64,000 bases of DNA from assembly GCF_006345805.1 (NCBI RefSeq), contig NC_043004.1, positions 57,040,001 through 57,104,000 of the forward strand, read 5' to 3'. Within the stretch, counting starts at the first letter, position 1. Every line of letters starts with the position of its first letter. The DNA comes from Octopus sinensis. Its lineage: Eukaryota. The position numbers and the translations under genes are program-made. Below are positions 38,165 through 51,380 of the stretch, one piece after another. The notes under the pieces were generated by a model that saw nothing but the letters and a program-made list of their open reading frames with translations, was not told the DNA's origin and ran no database searches.

Positions 38165-39570
38165 GGAAAAAAGGCAAGATAGAAAATGCTAAATGATTTT
38201 ATAAAAAACATTTCAGTACCGGTTTCAATCATTGAGACTTTTTCAACTGTAAGTATGGAAAGCAATTAAATTTGGAAAAATTAGAAGAAAAGTTTTTTTA
38301 AAAGAATATTTGTATAGTTTCTAATACAAGTGGCATTTTCCTTGTTTCTGCCTGTCTCTGTCTCTCTTGTTTACTCATGTGGATTCGAGGTCGTTGTTAA
38401 TTTTTGGTAGGGAAGAAGAAGAAGAAGGAGGAGGAAGAGGAGGAGGAGGAGAAGAAGAAGAAGAAGAAGAAGAAGAAGAAGAAGAATGTGGGAGTGCCGT
38501 GACAGTAGTATGTTGAATGGTCAGCTGCCCCGAAATTGACGTTGTGGATGGTAGTAGTAACTGTTGAATTCATGAAACATCTCTTTTGAATGCTTTGTTC
38601 ATAAAATTTGCGTAGGTGTTATTGCAAACAGCAATAGTGGTAAGGTTAGGAAGGAGAAGGAAGAAGACAAAGAAGAAGAAAGAGAAGGGAGAATAAGAAG
38701 GAATGTAGGTAGTGTGAAAGTAGTAATGTGTTAAATGTTCAAATGACATAAAATTGTCGCGTTATGGATTATAGCAGTGATTGGGACTGTTTTTAATGAA
38801 TACTTGGGAATCTCTTGAGTGTATTATTTTTTGATATTTGCGTGTGTATTTGTGTTATTTTAAGTCCGTGGTGGATACGTCGTCTGTCGTAGACGCTTTC
38901 AAAAGGGATCTGTATTTTGTAATAAAGAGAATCTCTTTACTAATTCGTTGGCTCCACGTTGTATCGTCCCTGAATTGGTAGAGGGGAAAACTTCTGAATC
39001 TTGGATTTTTGTTATTGGCGTAAATGTCTATGTGTTGGTTCAAAGCTACTTTTCTGTTTTGGGGAATTTTGATCTAGAATCTGTGCAGAGCCATTCTTTA
39101 CGTAGACCGTTTTTTGTTTGGCCTATGTATTGCTCGTGACACCCAGAGCAGCTTAGTGCGTATATCATGTTAACCAAAGCATATGTAAAGTTGCTTTTCA
39201 CTGTGAAACGTTGTCGCTGTTTGAAGGAGAACTCTGATCCCTCAATTAAATTCACGCATATCCCACAGTTGGTTCTTCCGTATTTTGTTACTGACGGCTT
39301 CTGTGTTGTTGAGCGTATTCGGGATTGTGTTAGGAGACATTTCATAGATTTAGGCTGTCTCTTGCTTTCTATGATGGTGTGTGTTTAGAGGATTAAGTTC
39401 ATTCTGTGGTCCTTTTTTAGAAGGGGTATGTTTTGCAGGATGGTTTTGAAGGCTTTCTTGTTGAGCGGGTTGTGTGTGGAGATGTATGGTAGGGCATTTG
39501 GTTGTAAATCTTTCTTTAATTTGTGATATCTGTGTTTTAATAGTTATCACGAAGCTAACATGGTAGTCCA
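38165..39570 (-). mobile_element. 5'-truncated Penelope-like element (linker, GIY-YIG endonuclease remnant, 3' UTR with HHR)
   Basis: Hand translation gives LPYISTHNP...IIESKRQPKSMKCLLT, CGICVNL, MIYALSCSGCHEQYIGQT...LRKRMALHR, FRSFPLYQF...RISKEILFITKY. Frameshifts and stops are present; (CTT)n lies in the 3' UTR. Confidence 0.85.
38211..38253 (-). ncRNA. Minimal type I hammerhead motif with U3-A8 covariation
   Basis: CAG-UUGAAAA-AGUC[UCAAU]GAUU-GAA-ACCGGU-A-CUG: palindromic stem III, located in the 3' part of the Penelope-like element. Stem I is only 3 bp plus weak extension. Confidence 0.55.
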
Positions 39571-39767
39571 GGAAAATAGGACGAATGCTGCCGTTGAATA
39601 GATCCAAGAGGCCATCGCCTCTAGCTAGCCATGTGATACACAAACTTGTGTCCATTATAACCATCGAACAGGAGAGGTCAGCAGCTTTCCTTTGCTGTAT
39701 ATACATAGACATATGTATTAATATGTATATATATATATATGTATATATACATATATATATATAATAT

Positions 39768-39848
<81 letters not shown>

Positions 39849-39879
39849 CATATATATATGTGTGTGTGTATATATAGAC

Positions 39880-40040
39880 GTAGGAATGGCTGTGTATAAG
39901 AAACTTGCTTCTCAACCACATGGTTCCGGGTTCAGATCCAATGCGTCGCATCTTCGGCATGTGTCGTACGCTATAGCTTCGGGCCGACCAAAGTCTTGTG
40001 ATTGGATTAGGTAGACGGAAAACCAGAAGAAGCCCGTCGT
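39880..40040 (+). mobile_element. SINE family 2, 5' half, diverged
   Basis: ggaatggctgtgtataag...gggttcagatcc...gggccgaccaaagtcttgtg...agacggaaaacc. Confidence 0.75.
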
Positions 40041-40098
40041 ATAAATATATATATATATATATAATATATATATTATATATATACACACATATATATTC

Positions 40099-40142
<44 letters not shown>

Positions 40143-40160
40143 GTATATATAAAAATAATG

Positions 40161-40222
<62 letters not shown>

Positions 40223-40702
40223 ACTATACCCGCATGTATGTGTGCGTATGCATATGTGTGTAAGATATTTAGATTTTTGTACTCTGAGCAATTCATTGCA
40301 ACCGACCTACGCTGAGGAAAAAACTGCGACAAAATGGTAAATACATTGTTAACTATAATTCATGATATTTAGAACTGAGGATTATGGTAAGAGGAACAGT
40401 AAAACAAAAATTTATGTAGTACCAAAGAGAAACGTGGCAATACCTATCCATGCATATAAATATATTAAAATAGGGCAAGTGTCACCTCCTTATCTACCTG
40501 TCTGTATTTGCTGGTGCATACTGAGTTTTAAAATGTCCACACATTCATACACTGTTTGAGTGTATCGTGCACTTGTGAAATAAAGTAACTAATCAACTAT
40601 AGTGAGTAGAGTAAATACAGATTTATTGATTATTAATTTTGCAATAGTACCGAAGTAGAATAGATTGTCTTTCTTGTTAAGTACAATGAGATTATGCATA
40701 CC

Positions 40703-40742
<40 letters not shown>

Positions 40743-41877
40743 GAGGAGGGAGGAGATAGAGAGAGAGAAAGAGAGAGAGAGTTACAATAAATGTCTGGTT
40801 TGATACGACACATCGATAGCGATTGTGGTGTTGCTGTTCTCATTGTAAACAATGTTGTGGAATAAATATCTGAAACATTGCGCTTGACAGCTTTGATAGT
40901 CTGACTATATATTTTCTGTAGTTAAGTACATTATAGTTTATTAATGTGTAATATGGTATATACATCATAATTTAATCATGTATCACAGTGTAAAAGTACT
41001 TCGTGTGCCCTCCACCAAAATTATGCTTCGTGTATATATTTTGCCCTCTTAGTATCAAGGAGATACTGGATCATTTGAGTTATACACTTGCTATTATAAA
41101 CTGAATCTTATTTCACATACTATCATATGCTGACTGACTCCTTTCATACTTGCATGATACTCTAATTCTTTCCTCATATACCACACAGTGTCATTTGTGT
41201 TCTAGCCGTTGTAATTTCTACTCTATTTCTCAGTATGTCTGAGATTTTCAAAACATGTATTGCTTTTACAGAAGTTAAGATATAGTAGGAAGAGGATTTG
41301 ATTACTCTTCCTGCTGATTGACGCGGTCTCTAGAGTTTTCCTCATTGGCAGTGGTTATGACGTATTTCAAGTCGGTTTTATCGAAATGTTAATCTATGTT
41401 GCACAGGGCCAATGGCTGCGTAGCTGAGGACAATATCTAATAATGCTATAGTCAGTTCAAGTTGTTGACATCTAATATTCAAAGACTCAAGATCTACTGG
41501 TTTATTCTTGACACAGAAATCATATCTTTGGTTGTATAGTTAAATGTTTTATCTGAATTTCATATCTTATCAGGTTCGCATCATGTTATTTTCAGAAAGA
41601 TGAATAGAGATTATTCAAAGCGCCATCATTGTCGACATGTCAGTGATGTTATGATGTTACGTTGAAACATTATAGGGTCTGCAATTATTGGATAGGTATA
41701 GTCAATTAAATCAGCCTCAGTACATCAGTAGTACATTATTTCAACCTTCCTGTAGTGGTGAAACACAAAGCTGACATCGAGAGCATCTGAAATCAGAAAT
41801 TGATGGTTCGAAATTAAATACTAGTAGTAATTTCACCTTAGACTAGCTGATTCTACTAATACGACTCGATGCTTAGC

Positions 41878-42312
41878 TCTTTACTCTTTTACTCTTTTAT
41901 TTGTTTCAGTCATTTGACTGCGGCCATGCTGGAGCACCGCCTTTAGTCGAGCAAATCGACCCCGGTACTTATTCTTTGTAAGCCCAGTACTTATTCTATC
42001 GGTCTCTTTTGCCGAACCGCTAAGTGACGGGGACGTAAACACACCAGCATCGGTTGTCAAACAATGCTAGGGGGACAAACACAGACGCACAAACATAGAC
42101 ACACACACACTTATACACACACACTTATATATATATACACATATATGCGACAGGCTTCTTTCAGTTTCCGTCTACCAAATCCAATCACAAGGCATTAGTC
42201 GGCCCGGGGCTATAGCAGAAGACACTTGCCCAAGTTGCCACGCAGTGGGACTGAACCCGGAACCATATTGTCGGTTAGCAAGCTACTTACAACACAGCCA
42301 CTCCTGCGCCTA
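41878..42312 (-). mobile_element. SINE family 2, full length
   Basis: All family 2 modules present. Confidence 0.9.
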
Positions 42313-42529
42313 TGGGTACAATATCACATTACCGAGGTGGTATATTTTATATGAATCCCATTATGGGATTGGCAATTAATTTAACGACGCATGAAAGATG
42401 AATACTAAAATCCCCGTCGATTATATTCGAAATGAAAGTTTGAAAAGTGAAATGCACTTCCACTTCCGTGAAGCTCTGCTAATGTAGTTAATTACCTACT
42501 CACGTCGGAATTAATAATTCTTTCTAATT

Positions 42530-42940
42530 TTGGCACAAGGCCACCAGTTATATGGGCATGCGGTAGGTCTTGTCGATAATATTGAGCCCATTAGACAAGA
42601 GAGGATGAAATTTAAAGTCGATCTTTGTGATATCTGAACACTGGCAGTAAAGAAAAGCCAGAAAATTGCTGCTAAACAATTTGTTCTGCAAGATAACACT
42701 TTATCCAGGTCGTAATCTTCGTCAAAACAGAAATATTGATTTTCAATATTTTTCAGCAATTCGAGGAGTGGATACGTCGATAACATCGACCCTAGTACTT
42801 AACTGGTAGTTATTTTATTCCAAAAGGAATAAATGGCAAATTCGACCACGGCGAATTTGAATTCAGAACGTGAGGAGGGACGAAGTCCGCTAAGCACTTT
42901 GCTCAGCGCAATAGCTAATCTACCAGTTCGCCGCCTTAAC
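42530..42940 (-). mobile_element. SINE family 1, degraded array
   Basis: Diverged cores; head end ttcgccgcctt at about 42937. Confidence 0.65.
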
Positions 42941-44648
42941 GTAAGAATAAATATTGAAAGAAAAAAATGAATTACCATTATGCTATTAGATGCAACACAC
43001 TTCCACTCTCCGTATTTTAGTCTGCTTTATAGCGTGCTATTACCATGATATAGTTAATAATATACACACTAACTAAATGTAAGGATTCTCAACAGAGACA
43101 TGCATGGCTCATTTACCTGATGTGTTAATTAAATATTTATGACAGTATATTTTTTATGGCATCAACATTTCCCTGTGCGAATTATCTGTTGCCTATTTTT
43201 TCTGTAAGGAAACAGTTTGTTTCTACGATATATTAAGCATATTTACAATTTATTATCATGCATCAGTACACTCCCTTCTAAAGTATACCTAGTGATCCTA
43301 TAGAGTTCAGATTCTTTAATAGAGCAAAATAGTTTAATACGCGCTACTCTAATATCCATTCTGTATTTTACTGTACCTGACACAGTCTAATTTTATTCTT
43401 CTTCAACTTACCTAATACATAATCTCTTGCATATGCTAAAATACTCCCTGTCAGTTAATGTTGATGCATACAATGTTCTTTAAATATTGCATATTATAAT
43501 ATGGAACATTTCCGTCGTTCGGCTGATGAGTTCAATCAACTAAATTACCTGGTCCACAATTAACACGTAAGTGGCTGAGCAACAGGCACATATAATCTTA
43601 GTAAAAACCTTTAGTAGATTCTGTGTGACACACTGCATAACAGACTGAGTGACAAGGCTGCATATTTTAAACAGCTCATACAATCCACCATACAGTTTTC
43701 ATCTACCCATTTTCATTCGCAAGATATGGGTTAACCAGGGGCTGTGGAAAATGGTATCGACTAAGATGACATGCAGAGGGATAGAACCCCAGACCTCGCG
43801 GTTACGTAGTGAAATTTTCAATCATTCGGGCTTAATGCACATATATCATAATATACCCATTGAACCAATTTGTTGCAAGTGCTGTAGGATTTTTCATCAC
43901 AATTAATTGCTAGAACACATTTAATGTTCTGTTTTATAGTATACTTACAGGTACGTGCTTTTAATTTAATTACAGGTAGGTACAGAAAGCAGAGATTTTC
44001 GAACAGTCACTTTGCAGTGAATATATTGAGAATATAGCATTGTTTTTGTGTTCGAATCTCGCCACACATTTTTATTCACCGTTCGTAGATCAATAGAGTC
44101 TTCATAATAGAATAAAAGCGACGACACTCTTCGATATATATATAATATTATTTTCCTACAAATATTTGCGTTCACTATTCGATATTTTTTGCAGTATCTG
44201 TTCTTGTTTTATATTTTATTGTCAACATGTATAGTACATATGTAGTTGACAATTAAATCAAGATAAAATACAGCAATAAAGATACATATATATTTTAGAA
44301 GGGAAAAAGAAACAGAAAAAAATGCTGATTATAGAAACATAAAAAAAATATTTCAAATCTATATCTAACCAATCCATTTAGCAAGATGTAACTGCACTGG
44401 AAGAAACAATTCGTTTTCAGTTGCCTCTGCGTTAATATGGATTTACTGTCGGGTTTTTTCCTTTGTAATTTGTAACCATTCACACATTAAGTCAGAAATG
44501 ATGTCCTCCAGATTCAAATTTCAAATACTCTGAATATATTGGAACGTGTGTAGATATATAAGGTAGCCATTATTTTGTGTGAATCGACTGAGAAGCTAAT
44601 ATTTTCCCTAGAACTAGCAGGAGGACATATTTCGCTTATAATTAATGT

Positions 44649-44690
<42 letters not shown>

Positions 44691-44957
44691 CGACTCTAAT
44701 ACTCACTGATAAAGTTTGGTTTTGAACTGAATATTAATCAACACTTTTATATCTAGTATTCTTTGTAATTGCTAGTACAAGTTTAGCCATTTAAAGGGAA
44801 ATTGTGAAGACAAATACGTTTATCTTAGTGCTCAACTAATACTTATTGTACCGACCCAAAAAGGATAAAAGTCAAAGTCAACATTGGTATTGGAACTCAG
44901 TACATAAGCAATCCGGAAGCAATTTTCCGGCGTCTTCCTCTTCTATCTTATACTACC

Positions 44958-45102
44958 ACAGGAGTGGCCGTGTGGTAAGTAGCTTGCTAACCAACCACAT
45001 GGTTCCGGGTTCAGTCATGGGCAAGTGTCTTCTGCTATAGCCCCGGGCCGACCAATGCCTTGTGCGTGGATTTGGTAGACGGAAACTGAAAGAAGCCTGT
45101 CG

Positions 45103-45158
<56 letters not shown>

Positions 45159-45179
45159 TGTGTGTGTGTGTGTGTGTGT

Positions 45180-45215
<36 letters not shown>

Positions 45216-45430
45216 TGTGTCTGCGTTTGTCTTCCTAGCATTGCTTGACAACCGATGCTGGTGTGTTTACGTCCCCGTCACTTACCGGTTCGGCAAAAGA
45301 GACCGATAGAATAAGTACTGGGCTTACAAAGAATAAGTCCCGGGGTCGATTTGCTCGACTAAATGCGGTGCTCCAGCATGGCCGCAGTCAAATGACTGAA
45401 ACAAGTAAAAGAGTAAAAGGGTAAAAGAGT
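44958..45430 (+). mobile_element. SINE family 2 with a small head deletion and an expanded internal microsatellite
   Basis: Family 2 modules; (TA)n(TG)n spans about 45103-45212. Confidence 0.9.
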
Positions 45431-48045
45431 ACCGATGGACCAAAAATCTACAATTAGGATTAGTGCTGAAAAGTTGAGTATTCCGGGTGTCGTTTCATAC
45501 ATTTACCGCCTGTTCATATAATCCAAATTGCCAACTATAGCACGATGGGTTATCGGTTTAAAAACGAGATTCACATTGATTCATCATAATGCCGCTGTTA
45601 TGTGCAACAAAGAATTGTATCTGCAATACTTTAGAATAAACGCTACAAGGTTTTGCTTGAACTAAATTAACGGAGATTAGAATGGAACCAGGCAGACCTT
45701 AACTTTTCTGTCGTTTGTGTCTTTAATTTACTACCATGTTAATTGATTTTATTTATTCATTCATAGTTTTATTGCTTGATGGAATGGGTTGACTACCATA
45801 CAAAAGTTTGAAAATTAGTATATATTCACATGCGTTGCATATTCCCGGCGTGTTGCGCTTACATGTAGCTGAGCATTTAAATGCAAACACCTTCTGGATA
45901 CATTTGAAACCGCAGCCTTATCAGTTGAAACACGGTGAATCAGTTCTACTTTTTTGTAATTGGAATTGCCCAGGATTTGTTTGGTCATGGTGTTGACAGG
46001 GGCCATTAAACTGGAATTTAACGGATCCCGTCGCGATCACAACTGAGTAAAATATTGCTTTCTTTTGATATTCCTCATAATCCAATAGATTTTGTTATTA
46101 AAATTGAGTTGTGATATTCCTATTCCGCTTTCGAAGGGAAATTATGATCTTAGTAAATTAAAAAGTATTTAAAAGTGAATTGAAATGAGATGGCAAGGAA
46201 CCGAATAACCGAGCCAAAACATTGCTCTCTTTTGATATTATGATCAAACTACTTGATTTTGTAATAATAAATGAACTCTTATAAACGTCTTCGTCCTCCC
46301 CGGAAATGAAATTAAGACCGACGTGAAATAAATCGAAATAATATCGTAGCGAACCGAACATTGTATAGTCTTATCTAAGGCATGGACGTATTTGTTCCAG
46401 TGATTAATAATGTTCAAATCATAAAGATCAATAGAGTCAGTGAGTATCTTTCGGTAGTGTAAAGCGTATGAGTGACAAATTGTCCTTTAGAAAATAAGCT
46501 AAGATAATGTATATAAGTCTGGTCCCGAGAGGAATTAAACACGAAATTGCAAGTCAATAAAGAACGTCATTAACGTAAACATTGTTTATAGATATCTTTC
46601 TATAAATGTGTTTATATGTGGAAAATACCAACGTGTCTGTATGGGTGTGTAAGAATAAAGCCCTCACACACGTACACATATTTTTTTTAACGCTTATATT
46701 ATTCTTTTATTCTTTTACTTGTTTCAGTCATGTTACTGCGTCCTCATTATATAGAGGACGGAAACACACCAACATCGATTATCAAGCGATGTGGCGGTAG
46801 ACACATGCACAAACACACACACACACACACAAACATCCCCCTCATATATAAACATATATATATATATATAGATACATACACACACGCACACACACACACA
46901 CACACATATATATATGAATGTGTGAGTGTTTGTGTGTGCATTAAAACATCTACGTATTGTGTATATATTTCTGTATATGTTCTGCTTTATACTCTCTGTT
47001 TTCAATTTACTTATAATTCTGTAAACTTGTACGTACGTTATCTATACATTCAGAATTGTGTTATGTTTGTGTGCAACTTTTGTAGATCATCATTCTTTCA
47101 ACAATTGTCAGCTGCAGTATTACAGAATTATTGATTATTTTCACAACACCTTCAAATTGGTGCAGTTATGTATATTGCTTCAGTTAGTTTCCATACTAAA
47201 AGAAATCGAACAGTGTGTTGTTAGTGTCGACTAACCTAGATTATTGGCTGCAATAAAGATGCGTTTTACTATGTTCTCTTCGTTTTTGAATCGCTATATC
47301 AATTATGTTAACCTCTTCTTGAAAAGACGCTGTCTCTACATTTCGTTATGAGTTCACTTTACCCTTTTATTTCAAAACTATACAAAGAGGAAATCATGTT
47401 TACATATAGCACTTATGACAAGTCCTTCATGCAATGATAAATGGTAACATCTAATGAGTTCCCTATTGAAATGTTTTCACATAGCAATGATATATTTTGA
47501 TAACTTGTAACCAAAATACAAAGGATGTCAATTTAATTCAAATATGGAGGTGGTGGTAAGGGTGGGGTGGTTATTGCCCAATCCCAGACGACTCTGATGG
47601 AAAGAAACATAATTATGCGGCACAAGTCTTGTCTCTCTGTCATTGTCCTGCAAAATGCTTTTCATTTCCTTTGTAAGGTGTTAGCTTGTATTTTCAATGA
47701 GAAGTGCTTTCTATTTTCATACTTAGTGGATTTATATTTAGCCCAATTGATGAAAGTTTTATATATCTGATATATATTACCTACAGAGCTACATTTTGGA
47801 ATTCATTGAAATTCTCGTAACGCACGTACCAGTTTGCCAATCATTCTTGATTAAGGATGAAAATTAGCAAGGATAAAACTATATTTCAGCATTTGAAAAT
47901 TACTAAATAATTCAAGTGTGGTGAAACAATATTCCGTTTACTAATTGGAACAAATATCCTATTTTGGAATATATGTCGTAATTCGTGTGACTCGTCCGCG
48001 TAACATAAAAGCAATATTTCGTCAAACGACGAGTGCGGAAACAAA

Positions 48046-48447
48046 TCTTTATATATAAAAGTGAAGTTGTGTGAGTGTCTGTCTCCTACGATTTAGATTC
48101 CTAACTACTCCCACAGTTTGCGGTGCAGTTTAACCAAAACCGGGTATCTTATAGTCGTGATCCATATCGAGCCCTTCTGGGTATTAGCGCGCGTCTACGA
48201 TGAGTCTACGATTTAAAAAAAAAATTACCATCATTTTTTTCCATTTCAATGCATTTTTTCGCTATTATATAAGGGAAGTAACTCTCTAAAAATGTCTACG
48301 ATGAGTCAACGATTTAAAAAAAAAATTACCATAATTTTTTTCCCATTTTTGATGCATTTTTTTGCTATTTTTTGGCTATAACTCTCTAAAAATGCTTATA
48401 TAGTTATTTCCCTTACAAACCCGAGCAACGCCGGGCGATACTGCTAG
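48046..48447 (+). mobile_element. Non-autonomous Helitron
   Basis: 5' TC start (A|TCTTTATATATAAAAG), subterminal hairpin cccgagcaacgccggg, 3' CTAG|T. Inserted at A|T without a TSD; contains an internal duplication of about 100 bp. Confidence 0.85.
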
Positions 48448-49064
48448 TTCAGTATAAAATTTAATAATATATTAGTAAAATAAATACAATAAAAAGAGCA
48501 ACGATTGAATTACATACAATTTAGAATATTTTTTTACCTAAGAGCATAGGCGTTTTTTAATTAAAAATATAATTCATTGAAGTGAATTTAATATGATTAG
48601 CAAAGAATTTTTACTAACAGAATTAAACGTCAATACAGTACACAACGATTTTTACTTAGTGCGAAGGGAGAACAAAATTAAAGACTACAAAACTTAAATG
48701 TGTGTTTTAGTTCAGTCAAAATATTTCTCTAAAGCACTTATCTAGGAGAATCTATCTGCATAATTGTGCTTGTGAGTCTGTGTACATTATATTTATTGAC
48801 AATTTTAATCACTTTTTAAAACTATTTGCTATCTTCAGAATCAAAAGAACATTTAGTTCGTTTTTAACGTTCCAACTTGCCAAATTCTTACAAAGCAACC
48901 AAACAAGCAGCGTTTCAGTGGTAGCTTTGTTTGCAAGTTTATGATAGTAATTTCTTATTTAATTAACTCAGTACTGCCTCGGAAATGCTGATACCCAAAC
49001 CTGTAATGGAGAGAGTAATGCCAAAAAAACCACGATTCCGGATTAAACGACGTGTTGGTTGAGT

Positions 49065-49278
49065 TTACTCTTTACTCTTTTACTCTTTTACTTGTTTCAG
49101 TCATTTGACTGCGGCCATGCTGGAGCACCGCCTTTAGTCGAGCAACTCGACCCTGGGACTTATTCTTTTTGTAAGCCCAGTACTTATTCTATCGGTCTCT
49201 TTTTGCCGAACCGCTAAGTGACGGGGACGTAAACACACCAGCATCGGTTGTCAAGCAATGCTAGGGGAACAAACACAG

Positions 49279-49319
<41 letters not shown>

Positions 49320-49510
49320 GATATATATATATATACATATATACGACAGGCGTCTTTCAGTTTCCGTCTACCAAATCCACTCACAAGGCATTGGTCGGCC
49401 CGGGGCTATAGCAGAAGACACTTGCCCAAGATGCCACGCAGTGGGACTGAACCCGGAACCATGTGACTGGTTAGCAAGCTACTTACCACACAGCCACTCC
49501 TGCGCCACAC
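49065..49510 (-). mobile_element. SINE family 2, full length
   Basis: All modules present, with a (TTACTCTT)n tail. Confidence 0.9.
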
Positions 49511-49896
49511 GACTTAAGTAAACTTCACCTGAACAACTGCTACCACCAACATCACCATCAACAAAATCCGCACCCTGCCATTCAGATTCTTTATTGTACC
49601 GTGATATTCTTCCCAGTCGAATGACTACGTTATTCAGTACTGTTTTAATCAAAGGCGTATACGTTCAAGTTATCAATCATCATGCTTTAATCTAAAAGTC
49701 AATTAGGAAGCAATTTTTGAGTGCTTCCTATTCGCAATACACTTGCTTACAACATGCAGGGTAATCATCGTCACCCTAATTTTAAATATCCCTTAAATGA
49801 AACACTATACTTTTTTTTCTCTCTGTGAGGAATTTTGTTAGAACTGGTGTTTTTAGTTCTTCATAGTAAGATTTGAGAAATATTTGTATACAGGTA

Positions 49897-50343
49897 CAGG
49901 CGTAGCTGTGTTGGGAGAATTTTGCTTCCCAACCATATGGGTCCAGGTTCAATCTCACTTGGTGTCATGTTGAGCAACTGTCTTCTGCTATAGCAGTGTT
50001 TCCCAAAGTGGACGGTATTGCCCCCCACCCTAGAGGCGAGGGAAGAGTCCAAGGGGGCATTGAAGAAAAATTAGGAGATAATGCGGTAGCGTTTCATGTA
50101 AAAGCAAGAAAATAATGGGTTTATTGTGTAAAGATTTTTTCGTGAAATACAGTTGCTTTTCCTTTGCTTTAGAAAGGTCTATGCTTGTGATGGTTAGTCG
50201 AGGTGGGGCTCTATGATTTTGGCCGGGGGCTCAAGGGGGCGGCAGCCCGAAATTGTTTGGGAACCGTTGTACCATAGCCTCGGGTCGACTACAGCTTTGT
50301 GAGTCCATTTGGTAGACGGAAGCTGAATGAAGCCCATTGTATC

Positions 50344-50391
<48 letters not shown>

Positions 50392-50625
50392 GTTTGTGTA
50401 TCTATGTGTGTGTGTCTTTGTGTCTGTGTTTGCCCCAACCACCGCTTGACAACCGGTTTTGGTGTATTTAAGACCCCGTAACTTAGCTGTTCGGAAAAAG
50501 ATTACGATAGAATAAGTACTCGGCTTAAGATGTAAGTCCTAGAGTCGATTTGTTCGACTAAAACTCTTTAAGGCGGCACTTCAGTGTGGCTGCAGTCAAG
50601 TGACTGAAACAAAGAATCGATAAAA
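49897..50625 (+). mobile_element. Older SINE family 2 copy interrupted by a hAT MITE
   Basis: SINE sequence tcttctgctatag resumes as catagcctcggg after the insert. Confidence 0.8.
49994..50269. mobile_element. hAT (Charlie-like) MITE
   Basis: TIRs cagtgtttcccaaa / tttgggaaccgttg; 8-bp TSD tgctatag / taccatag. Confidence 0.8.
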
Positions 50626-51170
50626 GATACATGATTCAATTTTTTCCCTGTTGTAAAAATATCTGGTCTACGGATTTGATTCACCTAAATTATTTCTGTC
50701 ATGACAACGGGCAATTTTTGACATTCGTTATAATTCTAGGACAAAATATTTTTTATGGTCTAACCAAAAGTAACAACCATGATGGTAAACATATATTTAC
50801 TTGCAGTAACTACGCAGGATGAAGAGTCAAACAACCATTGAAATGTGTAAATATTATGGTAACGGCATTTCATAGATCAAATATTGATGTTTCAACGTGA
50901 AATGAAAGGTTAAATTATTTTGGAGACTTCAGATTTGTCGATATTTTGTGTAACGTACAGTCAAGCATGGGAAGTAAAGACAAATAATTGATACCTTATT
51001 GATATGAGAAATGCTGGGAAATTACATAACTCAATGGAAATCTTTACTGATGAGAGCGAGATGTGTACAACCACGTATCTTCACACAGGCACACATATCT
51101 ACATATACTGCCCATAAAATGACAGACGTGCGGTTGCATGCATATAGAGAACACACCTTTCAAGGTCCTC

Positions 51171-51380
51171 AACGTAGCGGCAGAGAGCTCGGCGGAATTT
51201 GAACTCTCTGCCACTACGTTGTGAGTTCAAATTCCGCCGAGGTCGATTTGCTTTTCATCCTTTCGGGGTCGATAAATTAAGTACCAGTTACTCACTGGGG
51301 TAGATGTAATCGACTTTATCCTTTTGTCTGTCCTTGTTTGTCCCCTCTATGTTTAGCCCCTTGTGGCCAATAAAGATATA
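51171..51380 (+). mobile_element. 5'-truncated SINE family 1 with a short inverted duplication at its 5' end
   Basis: Core and tail tctatgtttagccccttgtggccaataaagatata are present. Confidence 0.85.

Noticed and set aside
40370-40440. CUGAGGA…uggua/uacca…GAAACGU
   Set aside because: The cleavage position would be G and stem I does not pair; at best a dead relic.
43520-43550. CUGAUGA-GUU[caauc]AAC-UAAA
   Set aside because: The catalytic G12 is absent, and stems I and III are missing.
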